From: an uncultured Clostridia bacterium
GTDB lineage: Bacteria > Acidobacteriota > Aminicenantia > UBA2199
Assembly (NCBI GenBank): GCA_964491915.1
Contig: CAZBHS010000030.1
Span: 653 to 64,652 of the forward strand
Direction: 5' to 3'
Length of the DNA stretch: 64,000 bases
Translations under genes and position numbers: made by a program
Shown here: positions 1-10,760 of the stretch, one piece after another
How positions within the stretch are numbered: position 1 is the first letter of the stretch
Layout: each line of letters opens with the position of its first letter
Notes under the pieces: model-generated
Told to the model about the DNA's origin: nothing
The model's input: the letters and a program-made list of their open reading frames with translations, nothing else
Databases searched by the model: none

Positions 1-38
1 GAGTTTTCGCAATACGATGAAAATATAACCGGGCTAAC

Positions 39-1832
39 TTATCCTTCCAGTTCCAGGGCTGCCAGGAAGGCTGCTTGCGGGATATCCACTTTGCCGACCC
101 GCTTCATGCGCTTTTTCCCCTTTTTTTGTTTTTCGAGGAGCTTCATTTTTCTGGTGATATCGCCGCCGTAACACTTGGCGAGAACATTCTTACGCAACGC
201 TTTGACGACGGTTTTGGCGATCACACGTTTATTGATGGCCGCCTGGATGACGACTTCAAAAAGCTGGCGTGGAATGAGAGCCTTCATCCTCGATGTCAAT
301 TGACTTCCGATAGTGTATGCCTTGTCTTTATGAACAATCAACGCCAGCGCGTCAACCGCTTGCTGATTAATGAGAATATCCATCTTGATGAGAGAGGATT
401 CTCTGAAATCCTTGAATTCGTAATCAAATGAGGCGTATCCCTGCGAAATGGACTTAAGCTTGTTGAAAAAGTCGTAGAGAACTTCAGCCAAAGGTATTTC
501 GTAGGTGAGATAAATCATCTGGGAGCTGATGTAATCCATTTTTTTATGGATTCCCCGGCGGTTTTGCAATAGCTTGAGAATGTTTCCCAGATAGGCTTCT
601 GGAGTTAGAATAATTGCCTCGATAAAGGGTTCTTCGATCATTTTGATGTGTTGGGGTTGGGGCAATTGAGCTGGCGATTCTATTTCAAATATCTCGCCGG
701 TTGTATTGGTTACACGATAACGGACCGACGGCGCGGTGGTTACAATGGATAGGTCGTATTCCCGCTCCAATCTCTCCTGGATGATCTCTTTGTGAAGAAG
801 TCCCAGGAAGCCGCAGCGAAATCCAATACCGAGGGCAGGGGAGGTCTCCGGCTCGAATGTCAGGGAAGAATCATTGAGCGTCAGCTTCTCGATGGAATCC
901 CGCAGTTCTTCATGACTTGTGCCTTCACCGGGATAAAATCCAGAAAATACCATGGGAGGCGGTTCTTTGAACCCGGGTAATGCTTCCCCGCTTGTTTCTT
1001 TACTTAAGGTGATTGTATCCCCGATTTTGACTTCGGAAATATTCTTGATGCTGCCGATAATATATCCCACTTCGCCTGCGGATAATTCTTTCAGGGGCAA
1101 TGGTTTCGGCGTATGCACGCCAAGTTCGTTAACTTCATACTCAGCGCCGTTACTGAGAAATTTTACTTTTTCACCTTTTTTAAGCTTTCCGTCAATGATT
1201 CTAACAAGTATGATCACCCCTCGATAAGAGTCGAACCAGGAATCGAAAATTAGCCCCTTCAGCGGTTTCGCTGGATCGCCGACAGGTGGTGGAATCCGGT
1301 CGATAATGGCAGGAATGATTTTATCGACACCCTGGCCGGTCTTGGCGCTGACCGCCAGCGCCTCGTCTCTTGAAATCCCGATAACCGTCTCCATTTCCTG
1401 AAGGCTTTTCTCTAATTCATTGTTCGGCAAATCGATTTTATTCATGACCGGTATAAGAACCAAATCGTTTTCCACTGCCAGGTATGTGTTGGCGACGGTT
1501 TGCGCTTCGACACCCTGGGTCGAATCAATCACCAGCAATGTGCCTTCGCACGCTGCGAGAGATCTGGACACCTCATAATTAAAATCTATATGCCCCGGAG
1601 TGTCGATAAGATTCAGTATATATTCATCTCCCTGAGGGGTTGTGTGTTTCAGGCAGACAAAATGGGATTTTATCGTAATGCCACGTTCTCTCTCCAATTC
1701 CATCGAGTCTAGCACTTGCTCCTGCATATCTCTTTTGGATACAGCGTGGGTAATTTCGAGCAAACGGTCCGAGAGTGTGGTTTTACCATGATCAATATGG
1801 GCTATGATTGAAAAATTTCTAATATGTTTCAT
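39..1832 (-). CDS. lepA: Translation elongation factor 4 (LepA/EF4)
   Basis: 597-aa ORF with translational GTPase motifs AHIDHGKTT (G1), DTPGH (G3) and NKID (G4). Full-length LepA-like layout with a basic C-terminal tail. Confidence 0.97.
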   Translation of the reverse strand: MKHIRNFSIIAHIDHGKTTLSDRLLEITHAVSKRDMQEQVLDSMELERERGITIKSHFVCLKHTTPQGDEYILNLIDTPGHIDFNYEVSRSLAACEGTLLVIDSTQGVEAQTVANTYLAVENDLVLIPVMNKIDLPNNELEKSLQEMETVIGISRDEALAVSAKTGQGVDKIIPAIIDRIPPPVGDPAKPLKGLIFDSWFDSYRGVIILVRIIDGKLKKGEKVKFLSNGAEYEVNELGVHTPKPLPLKELSAGEVGYIIGSIKNISEVKIGDTITLSKETSGEALPGFKEPPPMVFSGFYPGEGTSHEELRDSIEKLTLNDSSLTFEPETSPALGIGFRCGFLGLLHKEIIQERLEREYDLSIVTTAPSVRYRVTNTTGEIFEIESPAQLPQPQHIKMIEEPFIEAIILTPEAYLGNILKLLQNRRGIHKKMDYISSQMIYLTYEIPLAEVLYDFFNKLKSISQGYASFDYEFKDFRESSLIKMDILINQQAVDALALIVHKDKAYTIGSQLTSRMKALIPRQLFEVVIQAAINKRVIAKTVVKALRKNVLAKCYGGDITRKMKLLEKQKKGKKRMKRVGKVDIPQAAFLAALELEG

Positions 1833-1908
1833 TATTAAATCACCTGGATTTTTCAGTTTTTTTATTCAATCTATATTATATCACACTACTGTGCTTCCCC
1901 AATGGCTA

Positions 1909-2982
1909 CTACCGCTTGATTCCTTTGGCGGCATATACTGGGGACGAAAAGATGATTTTGTTCAATTTATCGACGTTTGTATTGAATGTTCTGGCGAATC
2001 CTTCTTCCGGTGGAAGCTCTTCCAGCTTTTCCTCAGGAAGCTCTTCGGGATATATAATTTCAACTTCGGAAAAACCGCAACTTTCCATTAAATATCTCAT
2101 GTATTCCGGGTGCAAGGGTTTTTGATGAGTCACGTCCAGATAGTAGATGTTACTCAAGGCGAACAGCGAGAGCGGATTGACCGTTTCCAGGAGAATCGGT
2201 CCCCCTTCTCGAAGAACCCTGTAGGATTCCATGATTACGCGCCTCAGATAATCAGGATCGAAATGTTCGATAACCTGAGCTGAAAAAATACCGCCAATAG
2301 AATTACTGTCTTTTGCCAACAGGTGTTTGAGCGCTTCTTGCTTGACGCAAGGCAAACCTCGCTCCTGAGCGATTTTCAGCATAGAATCGGAAATGTCAAC
2401 TCCTTCGGCATGTTGGCCTGTCTCGTTTAACATGGCGACGAATTCTCCTCTTCCGCAACCGATATCGATAATTGGCTCTAGATTGGCGAATATCGGGAGG
2501 TATTTTTTAAGTTTTTCAATAACTGCTTGCTCGCTACCTCTGAAACGCTGCTCAAAATCTGAATACTGATAAACTGAAAGCCGATTTTTTATCTCTTCCA
2601 GTTTCTGAATTTTGGCTTGATCGATTTTTGAATCAATTGAATCGATAATATTCTCAAGGGATTTTTCCAATTCGGAAAAATTCATCAACAATGTTTTTAC
2701 ATGGGAATATTCGGCTTGCAATTTATCGATTTTCCAGTGCAATGATTTGTGGATCATTGTGTTATGGTTGTTGGACATGGCGTCCCATTCTTTATCTTGA
2801 ACGGTAATCAATTCGCAGATATCCTGATGAAGATCGGTTAGCGTCCGTTTTATTTCTTTTGAGCGATTGTGAAATATACTTCTCTTCTCGATCAACGCCC
2901 CCAACCGGTGGATCGAATCTTTAAGCCTTTGTTGTTTTTTTTTTCTTTGGGCGATTAATTCTTCAATTATCCTTCTCATCAT
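1909..2982 (-). CDS. Class I SAM-dependent methyltransferase with N-terminal coiled-coil region
   Basis: 357 aa. The C-terminal half carries SAM-binding motif [12 protein letters not shown], and a type-11/12 methyltransferase-like layout. The N-terminal ~150 aa are heptad-rich and charged. Confidence 0.8.
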   Translation of the reverse strand: MMRRIIEELIAQRKKKQQRLKDSIHRLGALIEKRSIFHNRSKEIKRTLTDLHQDICELITVQDKEWDAMSNNHNTMIHKSLHWKIDKLQAEYSHVKTLLMNFSELEKSLENIIDSIDSKIDQAKIQKLEEIKNRLSVYQYSDFEQRFRGSEQAVIEKLKKYLPIFANLEPIIDIGCGRGEFVAMLNETGQHAEGVDISDSMLKIAQERGLPCVKQEALKHLLAKDSNSIGGIFSAQVIEHFDPDYLRRVIMESYRVLREGGPILLETVNPLSLFALSNIYYLDVTHQKPLHPEYMRYLMESCGFSEVEIIYPEELPEEKLEELPPEEGFARTFNTNVDKLNKIIFSSPVYAAKGIKR

Positions 2983-3148
2983 CTATTTTTGATTCGCCGT
3001 TGTCTTTATCTTTTGAGAGAGAGTTTTTGAAGTTTTTTATACCTTCGCCCAGTCCTTTTCCGAGGTCCGGCAATTTTTTCCCCCCGAATAGAAGGGCTAC
3101 AATCAACAAAATTAACAATATTTCCCAAATACCTAAACTACCAAACAT
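2963..3148 (-). CDS. tatA: Twin-arginine translocase subunit TatA/E
   Basis: 61 aa. Sequence [41 protein letters not shown] gives the canonical TatA TM helix, hinge and amphipathic helix. It overlaps the downstream methyltransferase start by 20 nt. Confidence 0.88.
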   Translation of the reverse strand: MFGSLGIWEILLILLIVALLFGGKKLPDLGKGLGEGIKNFKNSLSKDKDNGESKIDDEKDN

Positions 3149-3258
3149 TTGAACTCCTAATAAACGAATTTTATAGTTTTACGCCCATTCTGTCAAGTAT
3201 TGGCCATTGGCGCATGAGGCTTTAATTCCGGGGCCTCTAAAATTCGATTTCATTCGTT

Positions 3259-3277
3259 GTGTAAAGAATCTTTACAC
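3259..3277. promoter_or_regulatory. Palindromic protein-binding site candidate (site 1 of 3)
   Basis: Perfect 8+8 inverted repeat GTGTAAAG-aat-CTTTACAC in the 506-nt divergent intergenic region between tatA and the ORF at 3655. Confidence 0.5.
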
Positions 3278-3329
3278 TGTGGTTATCTTAAGATGCTTTA
3301 CCTATAGAGCTTTTTGGAAAAAGCGTATA

Positions 3330-3348
3330 GTGTAAAGTATCTTTACAT
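3330..3348. promoter_or_regulatory. Palindromic protein-binding site candidate (site 2 of 3)
   Basis: GTGTAAAG-tat-CTTTACAt, matching 15 of 16 arm positions with the same arms and 3-nt spacer as site 1. Confidence 0.45.
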
Positions 3349-3412
3349 AGATCTATACTTGTATGTAAATTGTGGTATATAAACCGTTTACGGTTTACAT
3401 CGAAATAGCATG

Positions 3413-3431
3413 GTGTAAAGAACTTTTACAA
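3413..3431. promoter_or_regulatory. Palindromic protein-binding site candidate (site 3 of 3)
   Basis: GTGTAAAG-aac-tTTTACAa, matching 14 of 16 arm positions with the same geometry. It lies about 95 nt upstream of the sigma54-like element. Confidence 0.4.
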
Positions 3432-3513
3432 ATTTTTTACGAAAATGTATTGTTGTGTTTAGCAAAGAGCTTGAGAGTATTTGATATCAGCGCTTTAGAT
3501 AAAACCAACCGAT

Positions 3514-3529
3514 TGGCACAAAAAATGCT
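3514..3529 (+). promoter_or_regulatory. Sigma54 (-24/-12) promoter candidate
   Basis: TGGCACaaaaaaTGCT. The -24 TGGCAC is perfect, the GG-N10-GC spacing is correct, and the -12 element is aTGCt against TTGCW. It lies ~125 nt upstream of the ATG at 3655. Confidence 0.45.
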
Positions 3530-3654
3530 CTATTTAAAAGTTAGCTTTGTTGTTTCCCCGCTGGCATAATTCATGATTTTTAGAATTTTTTTCTTTAGGT
3601 GTAGTACTGGGCCGGATATAAATGGTGGTAGTGTACATTTTATGAGGTGAAAGA

Positions 3655-4080
3655 ATGATGTTCGAGGTTCGCGATGCGTGGAATTTTCAGATTTGGAGTA
3701 AAAGTCTGGAAGTTACGAAACGCATCTATGATATGACCACGAAAGAGCGTTTCCAGAAAGTTAATTTACTCAGACGCCACTCGCGAAAAACTGTAATTCT
3801 CCTAAATGTTGCCTTGATGGAGGCCTTCGATAAAAAAAATATCCAAAGAACGGAATTGTATTTAAGGAAGACAATCCTATTGTGTGACAAAATAAAAAAA
3901 AGTTTGAATTGCGCATTGTTTCTCGGTTATGTCGAAGATTATGAATTAGCAGAGATATTAGTCAATCTTGAATGGATAACAGGTGAAATTAGCCGTTTTC
4001 TTGAATCCCAGGAAAGCGCAGGAAGGAAAATGGCGATATATTTTGAAAATTACGAGATACCCGCCTGCCAGTATGTGTGA
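3655..4080 (+). CDS. Four-helix-bundle protein (divergent 23S rRNA intervening-sequence protein family-like)
   Basis: 141 aa, all-helical. The pattern W..S..v.k.IY..T....f.......LRR....V.L.NVALMEA......EL..YL..........L.....LGYV resembles the TIGR02436-type four-helix-bundle family. Assigned by eye only. Confidence 0.45.
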   Translation: MMFEVRDAWNFQIWSKSLEVTKRIYDMTTKERFQKVNLLRRHSRKTVILLNVALMEAFDKKNIQRTELYLRKTILLCDKIKKSLNCALFLGYVEDYELAEILVNLEWITGEISRFLESQESAGRKMAIYFENYEIPACQYV

Positions 4081-4124
4081 GTGTGAGATGAAGCGCGCCC
4101 AAATATTCTGAGGGATGAAATAAG

Positions 4125-6158
4125 ATGAGGAATTTTTGGGCTTTCCTGGCTGTTGAGTTTAGTCGGTTCTTTTCCAGAAAGAAGTTGATAATTTTGTTAT
4201 TGACATTTATGCTGTGCCTGTTTTTTGTAAATGAAGGTATTAGTGATTTTAAGAGTCTCGAAGGCAATGTCCTGGAATTTCAGGAAATTGAACGGATAAA
4301 AGTTACGAAGTATGTTGTAATGAATCAATACGGGAGTTTTGGTTTTAGGCTTCTATTTTGTCCCTCCCCATTGAGTGTGTTTTTTACAAATTCCGGTGTC
4401 GGATCTGAAATTACCTCCCAGATAGATTCCGGAGAAATCTTGAAAATCTACAATTCGTTCAAGGGGAAAAATCTTTTCCTGGAAAAGAGCGGACATCTTA
4501 AAGATTTCGCAGGTATCATACTACTTTTTGGCAGCCTTCTGGCATTGTACTTTGGATACAGCGCGTTCCGGCACAGGGATTTCATAAAAATGGTGGCGGG
4601 GTATTGTGGCTATAAGCCGGTTTTTCTCAATATTCTCATCGCCAGAGTTATACTGTTAGTTCTGTCGGTCATTGTATTGGTGGGTTCGGGTTTATTGTTA
4701 TTGGTTCTAAATTCCATCGCGTTAAGTTGGAAAGAGTTACAATATTTGCTGAATTTTTCGGCCGTAACTATATCAATGCTGGTTTTCTTCTTTTTATCGG
4801 GCACATTTATTAGCTCTCTTCGCTCTAAGTCCCTGGCCTTGATTTCGATGATAAGCCTCTGGTTCTTACTTGTTCTATTGATGCCCGGATTGATCGGGAA
4901 ATTAGTGGCAAAGAGGGCCGAGAATATCACCCTGAATTACCAGTTGGAGATGAAAAAACTTAGCATTTTGACGAATTTTGAAAAGCAAGCGCTGGAAAAA
5001 GAGGGAAAATTCAAAGTCCATAAGGGGGATAGCCCAAATGAAAAGGCGCTGGCGGATAGTTACTGGGAAAATGAATTCAGGGAAACTGAAATCCTGGAAA
5101 GGGGGATGATCGAGGAGATGAACGATAATGTGAGATTCTATCACTCGCTTTCTTCTCTTTTACCATCAACGTTTTACATCTCAATGAGCAATGAATTCAG
5201 CAGCAGGGGTTATAAAAATTTTATTGGATTCTACCGTTATGTTCATGCTCTCAAGAGGGAATTTGTCCGTTTTTTCCTTAATCGGGCTTTTTCTGATGAA
5301 TTCGATAAAGTAGAAAATTTTATAAAAAATGATGAAAACATCTATCGCTCAGCCAGTCATTTACCCTATTTTGTTCGTAGAGGGACGTTCTTGACTATCT
5401 CGTTTATTTTTCTGCTATTCATTTTTTCTTATATAGGGTTCAAGAGGGCGTTGTTCCGGGGCGTCAGTCCAAAGCCCGGCGAATTGCCCCGCCACTTAAG
5501 CAAACTAGAAACATTCAAGCTTCAAATAAAGAAAGGGGAATCCTATACTCTTCTGTCTGGTGATGATCTCATTAAAGAGCAATTGTACGTGATCTTCTCC
5601 GGCGTTTTATCGGGAATGCCGGAATGGGAAAAGTTGATAGAGAAAGTGAGTTTGATCGAGGGTTCCGATACCACTGCCTCAGGGGTTGCATTTGTGTGCA
5701 AATTGGATGAGTGGCCGGCTGATATAAAAGTGGGTGATTTCCTTATGTTGTTAAAGCGATTAGCCGGGAACAAGTCTTCCAGCGCCGAGGAAATTTCGAT
5801 TCTAATGGGAATTGATACGATTAAGAGGAAATATTTCGGAACCATAGATGAAAGTGAGAAAAGAAAAGTTGTTTTTGCCGGCGCTAGACTTAAAGAGAGT
5901 GATTTCTATATTTTCGATGACTTTGCGCGGGGAATGCCGCTAGAGTTTCTGATCGAATTTAGAAAGAATTTAAGACGTTTGAAAGAGAATGGAGATCGGA
6001 TCCTGTATTTGAGTAACGACGTATTATTGGCGCCTGAAATCGGCGATCGCATTGGAATTATGAAAAATGGGCGGCTATTGTTTTTTGTGAAAGATTCCGA
6101 TCTCAGACAGATGAATTTAAATGAAATGTTTTTTCAGTATTTTGCTGATAAAAAATAG
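4125..6158 (+). CDS. Multi-pass membrane protein (ABC-2 permease-like) fused to a degenerate ABC ATPase-like domain
   Basis: 677 aa. The N-terminal ~450 aa contain several hydrophobic helices. The C-terminal ~220 aa follow ABC nucleotide-binding domain order. Walker A is replaced (LLSGDDLIKEQ), the signature is replaced (IDESEKRKVVFAGARL versus LSGGQ), and Walker B is FYIFDDFARGM. Confidence 0.6.
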   Translation: MRNFWAFLAVEFSRFFSRKKLIILLLTFMLCLFFVNEGISDFKSLEGNVLEFQEIERIKVTKYVVMNQYGSFGFRLLFCPSPLSVFFTNSGVGSEITSQIDSGEILKIYNSFKGKNLFLEKSGHLKDFAGIILLFGSLLALYFGYSAFRHRDFIKMVAGYCGYKPVFLNILIARVILLVLSVIVLVGSGLLLLVLNSIALSWKELQYLLNFSAVTISMLVFFFLSGTFISSLRSKSLALISMISLWFLLVLLMPGLIGKLVAKRAENITLNYQLEMKKLSILTNFEKQALEKEGKFKVHKGDSPNEKALADSYWENEFRETEILERGMIEEMNDNVRFYHSLSSLLPSTFYISMSNEFSSRGYKNFIGFYRYVHALKREFVRFFLNRAFSDEFDKVENFIKNDENIYRSASHLPYFVRRGTFLTISFIFLLFIFSYIGFKRALFRGVSPKPGELPRHLSKLETFKLQIKKGESYTLLSGDDLIKEQLYVIFSGVLSGMPEWEKLIEKVSLIEGSDTTASGVAFVCKLDEWPADIKVGDFLMLLKRLAGNKSSSAEEISILMGIDTIKRKYFGTIDESEKRKVVFAGARLKESDFYIFDDFARGMPLEFLIEFRKNLRRLKENGDRILYLSNDVLLAPEIGDRIGIMKNGRLLFFVKDSDLRQMNLNEMFFQYFADKK

Positions 6159-6435
6159 AACTTTTTCTACAGTTTTTAGTATAAATATAGTGCTTCGTTT
6201 TATCTTTACTCAATGTTATTTAGTCTTTTAATGATTTTTCGCAGTTAGTTATTATTTTTAACCTGCTATTCAGTGGGGGATGTTTTATTTTTTTTTCTGT
6301 TAAAATCATCTATTCATAATTCTTAACGCCGGAAGTCCGTTAGGTTTTTTCTTCAATTAAGATGGAGCGCTCCGGATAAAGAATGATTAAAAATAAATAA
6401 ATTTAGCGGGAGATATTGTTTTTTTTTTCAATTTC

Positions 6436-6451
6436 TGGAAAAATGGTAGCA
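6436..6451 (+). promoter_or_regulatory. Weak sigma54-like element
   Basis: TGGAAAaatggTAGCA has correct GG-N10-GC spacing but only partial matches to the -24 and -12 consensus. It lies ~65 nt upstream of the ATG at 6515. Confidence 0.2.
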
Positions 6452-6514
6452 TGGGTCCACTTAAATACTATTTGGTAATAAATGTGTTTAGGAAATTTAT
6501 AATGGAGGAGTCCT

Positions 6515-7177
6515 ATGAATAAATTAAGAAATCGTTCTAGGTTTAAAGCGTTACTAATACCTCTAGTGCTGATGATGGTCTGTACAAGTGGTTTTGGTAG
6601 AATTGTATCCAACTATTCCCCGCCTGCTTTTGCGGTTCTGACAAGCTCTCTTAGCAATATCAACAGCTATGTCATCCAGGGTGGGGGGGCATTTTTAAAG
6701 TCTCACTCAAATGTTTCAAATTTTTTGAATTTTGTGGAGATTTCAGAAATTTACATCGCAGATTATGTCGAGTTAAAGTCATTGATCGATAGCGCCATTC
6801 AGAACATGATTCAGGCGGAATATTACTATACGCAGCTCAATCTTTTGGCTCAAATCACTCCCTATAATCCTGCAGTAATCGACAAGCTCCAGACGTTTCA
6901 TTATAAGCGGTTTCAAATCACCAACAACCTTAATCCAGATATTTTCTGGGAAGTGAGAAGGTTTTTGAAGAATGGAGACGTCCGTGGGATTTACCAAAAA
7001 ATGCTCGCGGATGCCGGGCGGATCAAGGGTATCCTCGAAACAATGCAGTTGCCTTTAAACAATGGTACAATGCCTGGAAATTCAATTTTGTGGAAAATAA
7101 ACCAGGAATTCTTTACTTGCCTTATGTTTGATCAGTATACAGCAATGGTTTTCTATGAAATTCTTATGGTTGAGTAA
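6515..7177 (+). CDS. Secreted helical protein of unknown function (paralog A)
   Basis: 220 aa with an N-terminal signal-like segment (KALLIPLVLMMVCTSGFG), RBS GGAGGAG 6 nt upstream. Roughly 40% identical by eye to the ORF at 7447. Confidence 0.75.
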   Translation: MNKLRNRSRFKALLIPLVLMMVCTSGFGRIVSNYSPPAFAVLTSSLSNINSYVIQGGGAFLKSHSNVSNFLNFVEISEIYIADYVELKSLIDSAIQNMIQAEYYYTQLNLLAQITPYNPAVIDKLQTFHYKRFQITNNLNPDIFWEVRRFLKNGDVRGIYQKMLADAGRIKGILETMQLPLNNGTMPGNSILWKINQEFFTCLMFDQYTAMVFYEILMVE

Positions 7178-7446
7178 CGCCATGAGCGCTCATTTATTTT
7201 CGATTTTCGTCTATAAGAACTGTTAGTTCTTTTTAAATTGTTTTTAATGTATTATATTTTTTGGGTCGCATAACCGGCAAGCTTGCCTAAGTGAAACTCG
7301 TAAACCTCCCTCCGGTCCATTGATTTATATCGGAAATGGCGACTGTTTCGAGTTTTTTCTGGAGCGATTGCCGGCTATTATTGTGTAAAATATAAATGTC
7401 GCGGTAGTGTAGTAAGTGATAAAATTGAAAACTGGAGGATCTTTAT

Positions 7447-8103
7447 ATGAAGCAGCAGCAAAAAATAAGAGTACCGCTACACGTTCTTCTTGTCTTAATT
7501 TTTCTTTTGGGAATTTCATCTTTAGGATTTGGCCGCATCAAAGTGAATTGGTCGCCTATCGCCTTTGTCAATGTAATGCTGACGGGCAGCTCGATGAATC
7601 AGTTTGTTGTGGAGGGAGCCAGTTATTTTTTTAAGTCCCATTCTTCTTATCTTGAATTGCTTCAAAAAATTGAGGTTTCTGAAATAGAACTTGTTCCACC
7701 TGGCATTCTTGACGAAACTGCGAATACTGCGATAAAGTTGATGGAGGATACGGTCATCGCTTATGATAAATTGAAGTTGTGGGCGGATGCAACCCCATAT
7801 GACGAAGCGGTAATCGCTCGTTTGAAAAAATTCAATTACAAAAAATTTCAGCGAGAGAATTCGTTGAACCAGACTCTATTTTGGAAGGTAAGGGAATACC
7901 TGATGAAAGGAGACGTCTGCGGTATATACGATAAAATGCTTTTGGATTCGAAGACTATATTGAATCTGCTTCGTGAAATCGAGTCGGAATTAGCCGCAGG
8001 TAATATTCCCGACAATCATCGCTGGTGGAATTTAAATCAAGTGTATCTTGAATCTTTGATTTTTGACCAATATGTGGCAATGGTTTTTTATGCGATAAAG
8101 TAG
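7447..8103 (+). CDS. Secreted helical protein of unknown function (paralog B)
   Basis: 218 aa with signal-like N-terminus. It shares blocks with paralog A: GFGRI..N.SP.AF, FKSHS, TPY...VI..L..F.YK.FQ, FW.VR..L..GDV.GIY.KML, FDQY.AMVFY. Confidence 0.75.
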   Translation: MKQQQKIRVPLHVLLVLIFLLGISSLGFGRIKVNWSPIAFVNVMLTGSSMNQFVVEGASYFFKSHSSYLELLQKIEVSEIELVPPGILDETANTAIKLMEDTVIAYDKLKLWADATPYDEAVIARLKKFNYKKFQRENSLNQTLFWKVREYLMKGDVCGIYDKMLLDSKTILNLLREIESELAAGNIPDNHRWWNLNQVYLESLIFDQYVAMVFYAIK

Positions 8104-8398
8104 CGGGCTTTTTTTTCTTCTGGAAGAATCTATTTGTGGGGGCTGAGCCCCTCAAATAGTAGCATTATCCCGTAGCATTAAAACAAAAAGTAAACTTTTG
8201 CAAAAAAAAGTGGGATTTTTTTATAAAAAAATAGTATTTTTTTTTGGAGTTTGTTATAATTCGTTTGGAGCTAATCAATGCCCAGTTTAGCAACATGTCA
8301 AATGCAAGTTTCTTGTAGATTTTTAAGGAGCACCATGATACAGGATAAATATATCATCGCCTTTCGAAGCTAAATGTATGAAACAAGGAGATAAAAAA

Positions 8399-8569
8399 AT
8401 GAAGCAAAACAAACTCAACAAAAAACTCACTTTGGCAAAAAAAACCATCATGAACATGTCCACCCAGGACATGAAACAGATTTACGGAGGAATCGATACT
8501 CTTCTTCTAACGTTGTGTGATTGCCCCGAAAACACAGATTTGATTTTTACCCGTAGATCTTGTGATTGA
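8399..8569 (+). CDS. Small peptide with double-glycine-type leader (RiPP/bacteriocin precursor candidate P1)
   Basis: The start was moved to the ATG 8 nt after AGGAG. The 56-aa peptide is MKQNKLNKKLTLAKKTIMNMSTQDMKQIYGG followed by IDTLLLTLCDCPENTDLIFTRRSCD. The leader matches the KKLSL.K.TI..L......I.GG pattern of GG-type natural-product precursors, and the core has 3 Cys. Confidence 0.6.
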   Translation: MKQNKLNKKLTLAKKTIMNMSTQDMKQIYGGIDTLLLTLCDCPENTDLIFTRRSCD

Positions 8570-8916
8570 TGAGCGCTTGTCTGGATTTTTTTTGTAATTA
8601 CAATCATTACTCCCACTCAATGATTGCAATTAATGGACTACAATTTTATACCACCCCAAAGGTAAAAAAATTGAATTTTTCCGCTTTTCTTTGGTTTATC
8701 TCCCCGGCTATAATTGGCGAATTTTTATGAATAATGCGCAAAAAGGACAAAAAAGAATGTGTGAATTTTCTGTTCTACCTGCCCCAAACCAAGGAAAGTG
8801 TTCACTAAATCAGACGAGTTTCCGATTTATCGGATTTAAAGAAATGTAGAAGACTGGAACGGCGCTGCGACATTAGTCCAGCGCCTCCGGTCTTTAATTT
8901 CCCCCAAAATAAAATC

Positions 8917-10743
<1,827 letters not shown>

Positions 10744-10760
10744 ATCTCCCTCCTCAGGTT

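Noticed and set aside
3372-3569. 65-aa ORF inside the tatA / 3655 intergenic region.
   Set aside because: It overlaps the palindromic sites and the sigma54-like element, has no RBS, and its composition is non-protein-like. The region is better explained as regulatory DNA.
7276-7287. Perfect 12-bp palindrome GGCAAGCTTGCC between the two secreted paralogs, considered as a terminator or sigma54 element.
   Set aside because: The stem has no loop or T-tract, and the GG...GC spacing is wrong for a -24/-12 promoter. It is a single occurrence and may be coincidental.
8266-8282. TGGAGC-N6-ATGC upstream of P1 as a sigma54 promoter.
   Set aside because: The GG-to-GC spacing is one nucleotide too long, and such promoters are very spacing-sensitive.
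8727-8849. 40-aa ORF (MNNAQKGQKRMCEFSVLPAPNQGKCSLNQTSFRFIGFKEM) downstream of P1.
   Set aside because: It has no RBS, no leader-like motif and no similarity to P1-P3. It cannot be supported from sequence alone.
10744-10760. glmS ribozyme upstream of glmS.
   Set aside because: Only 17 nt separate glmS from the ugd stop codon, so there is no room for the ~170-nt ribozyme.
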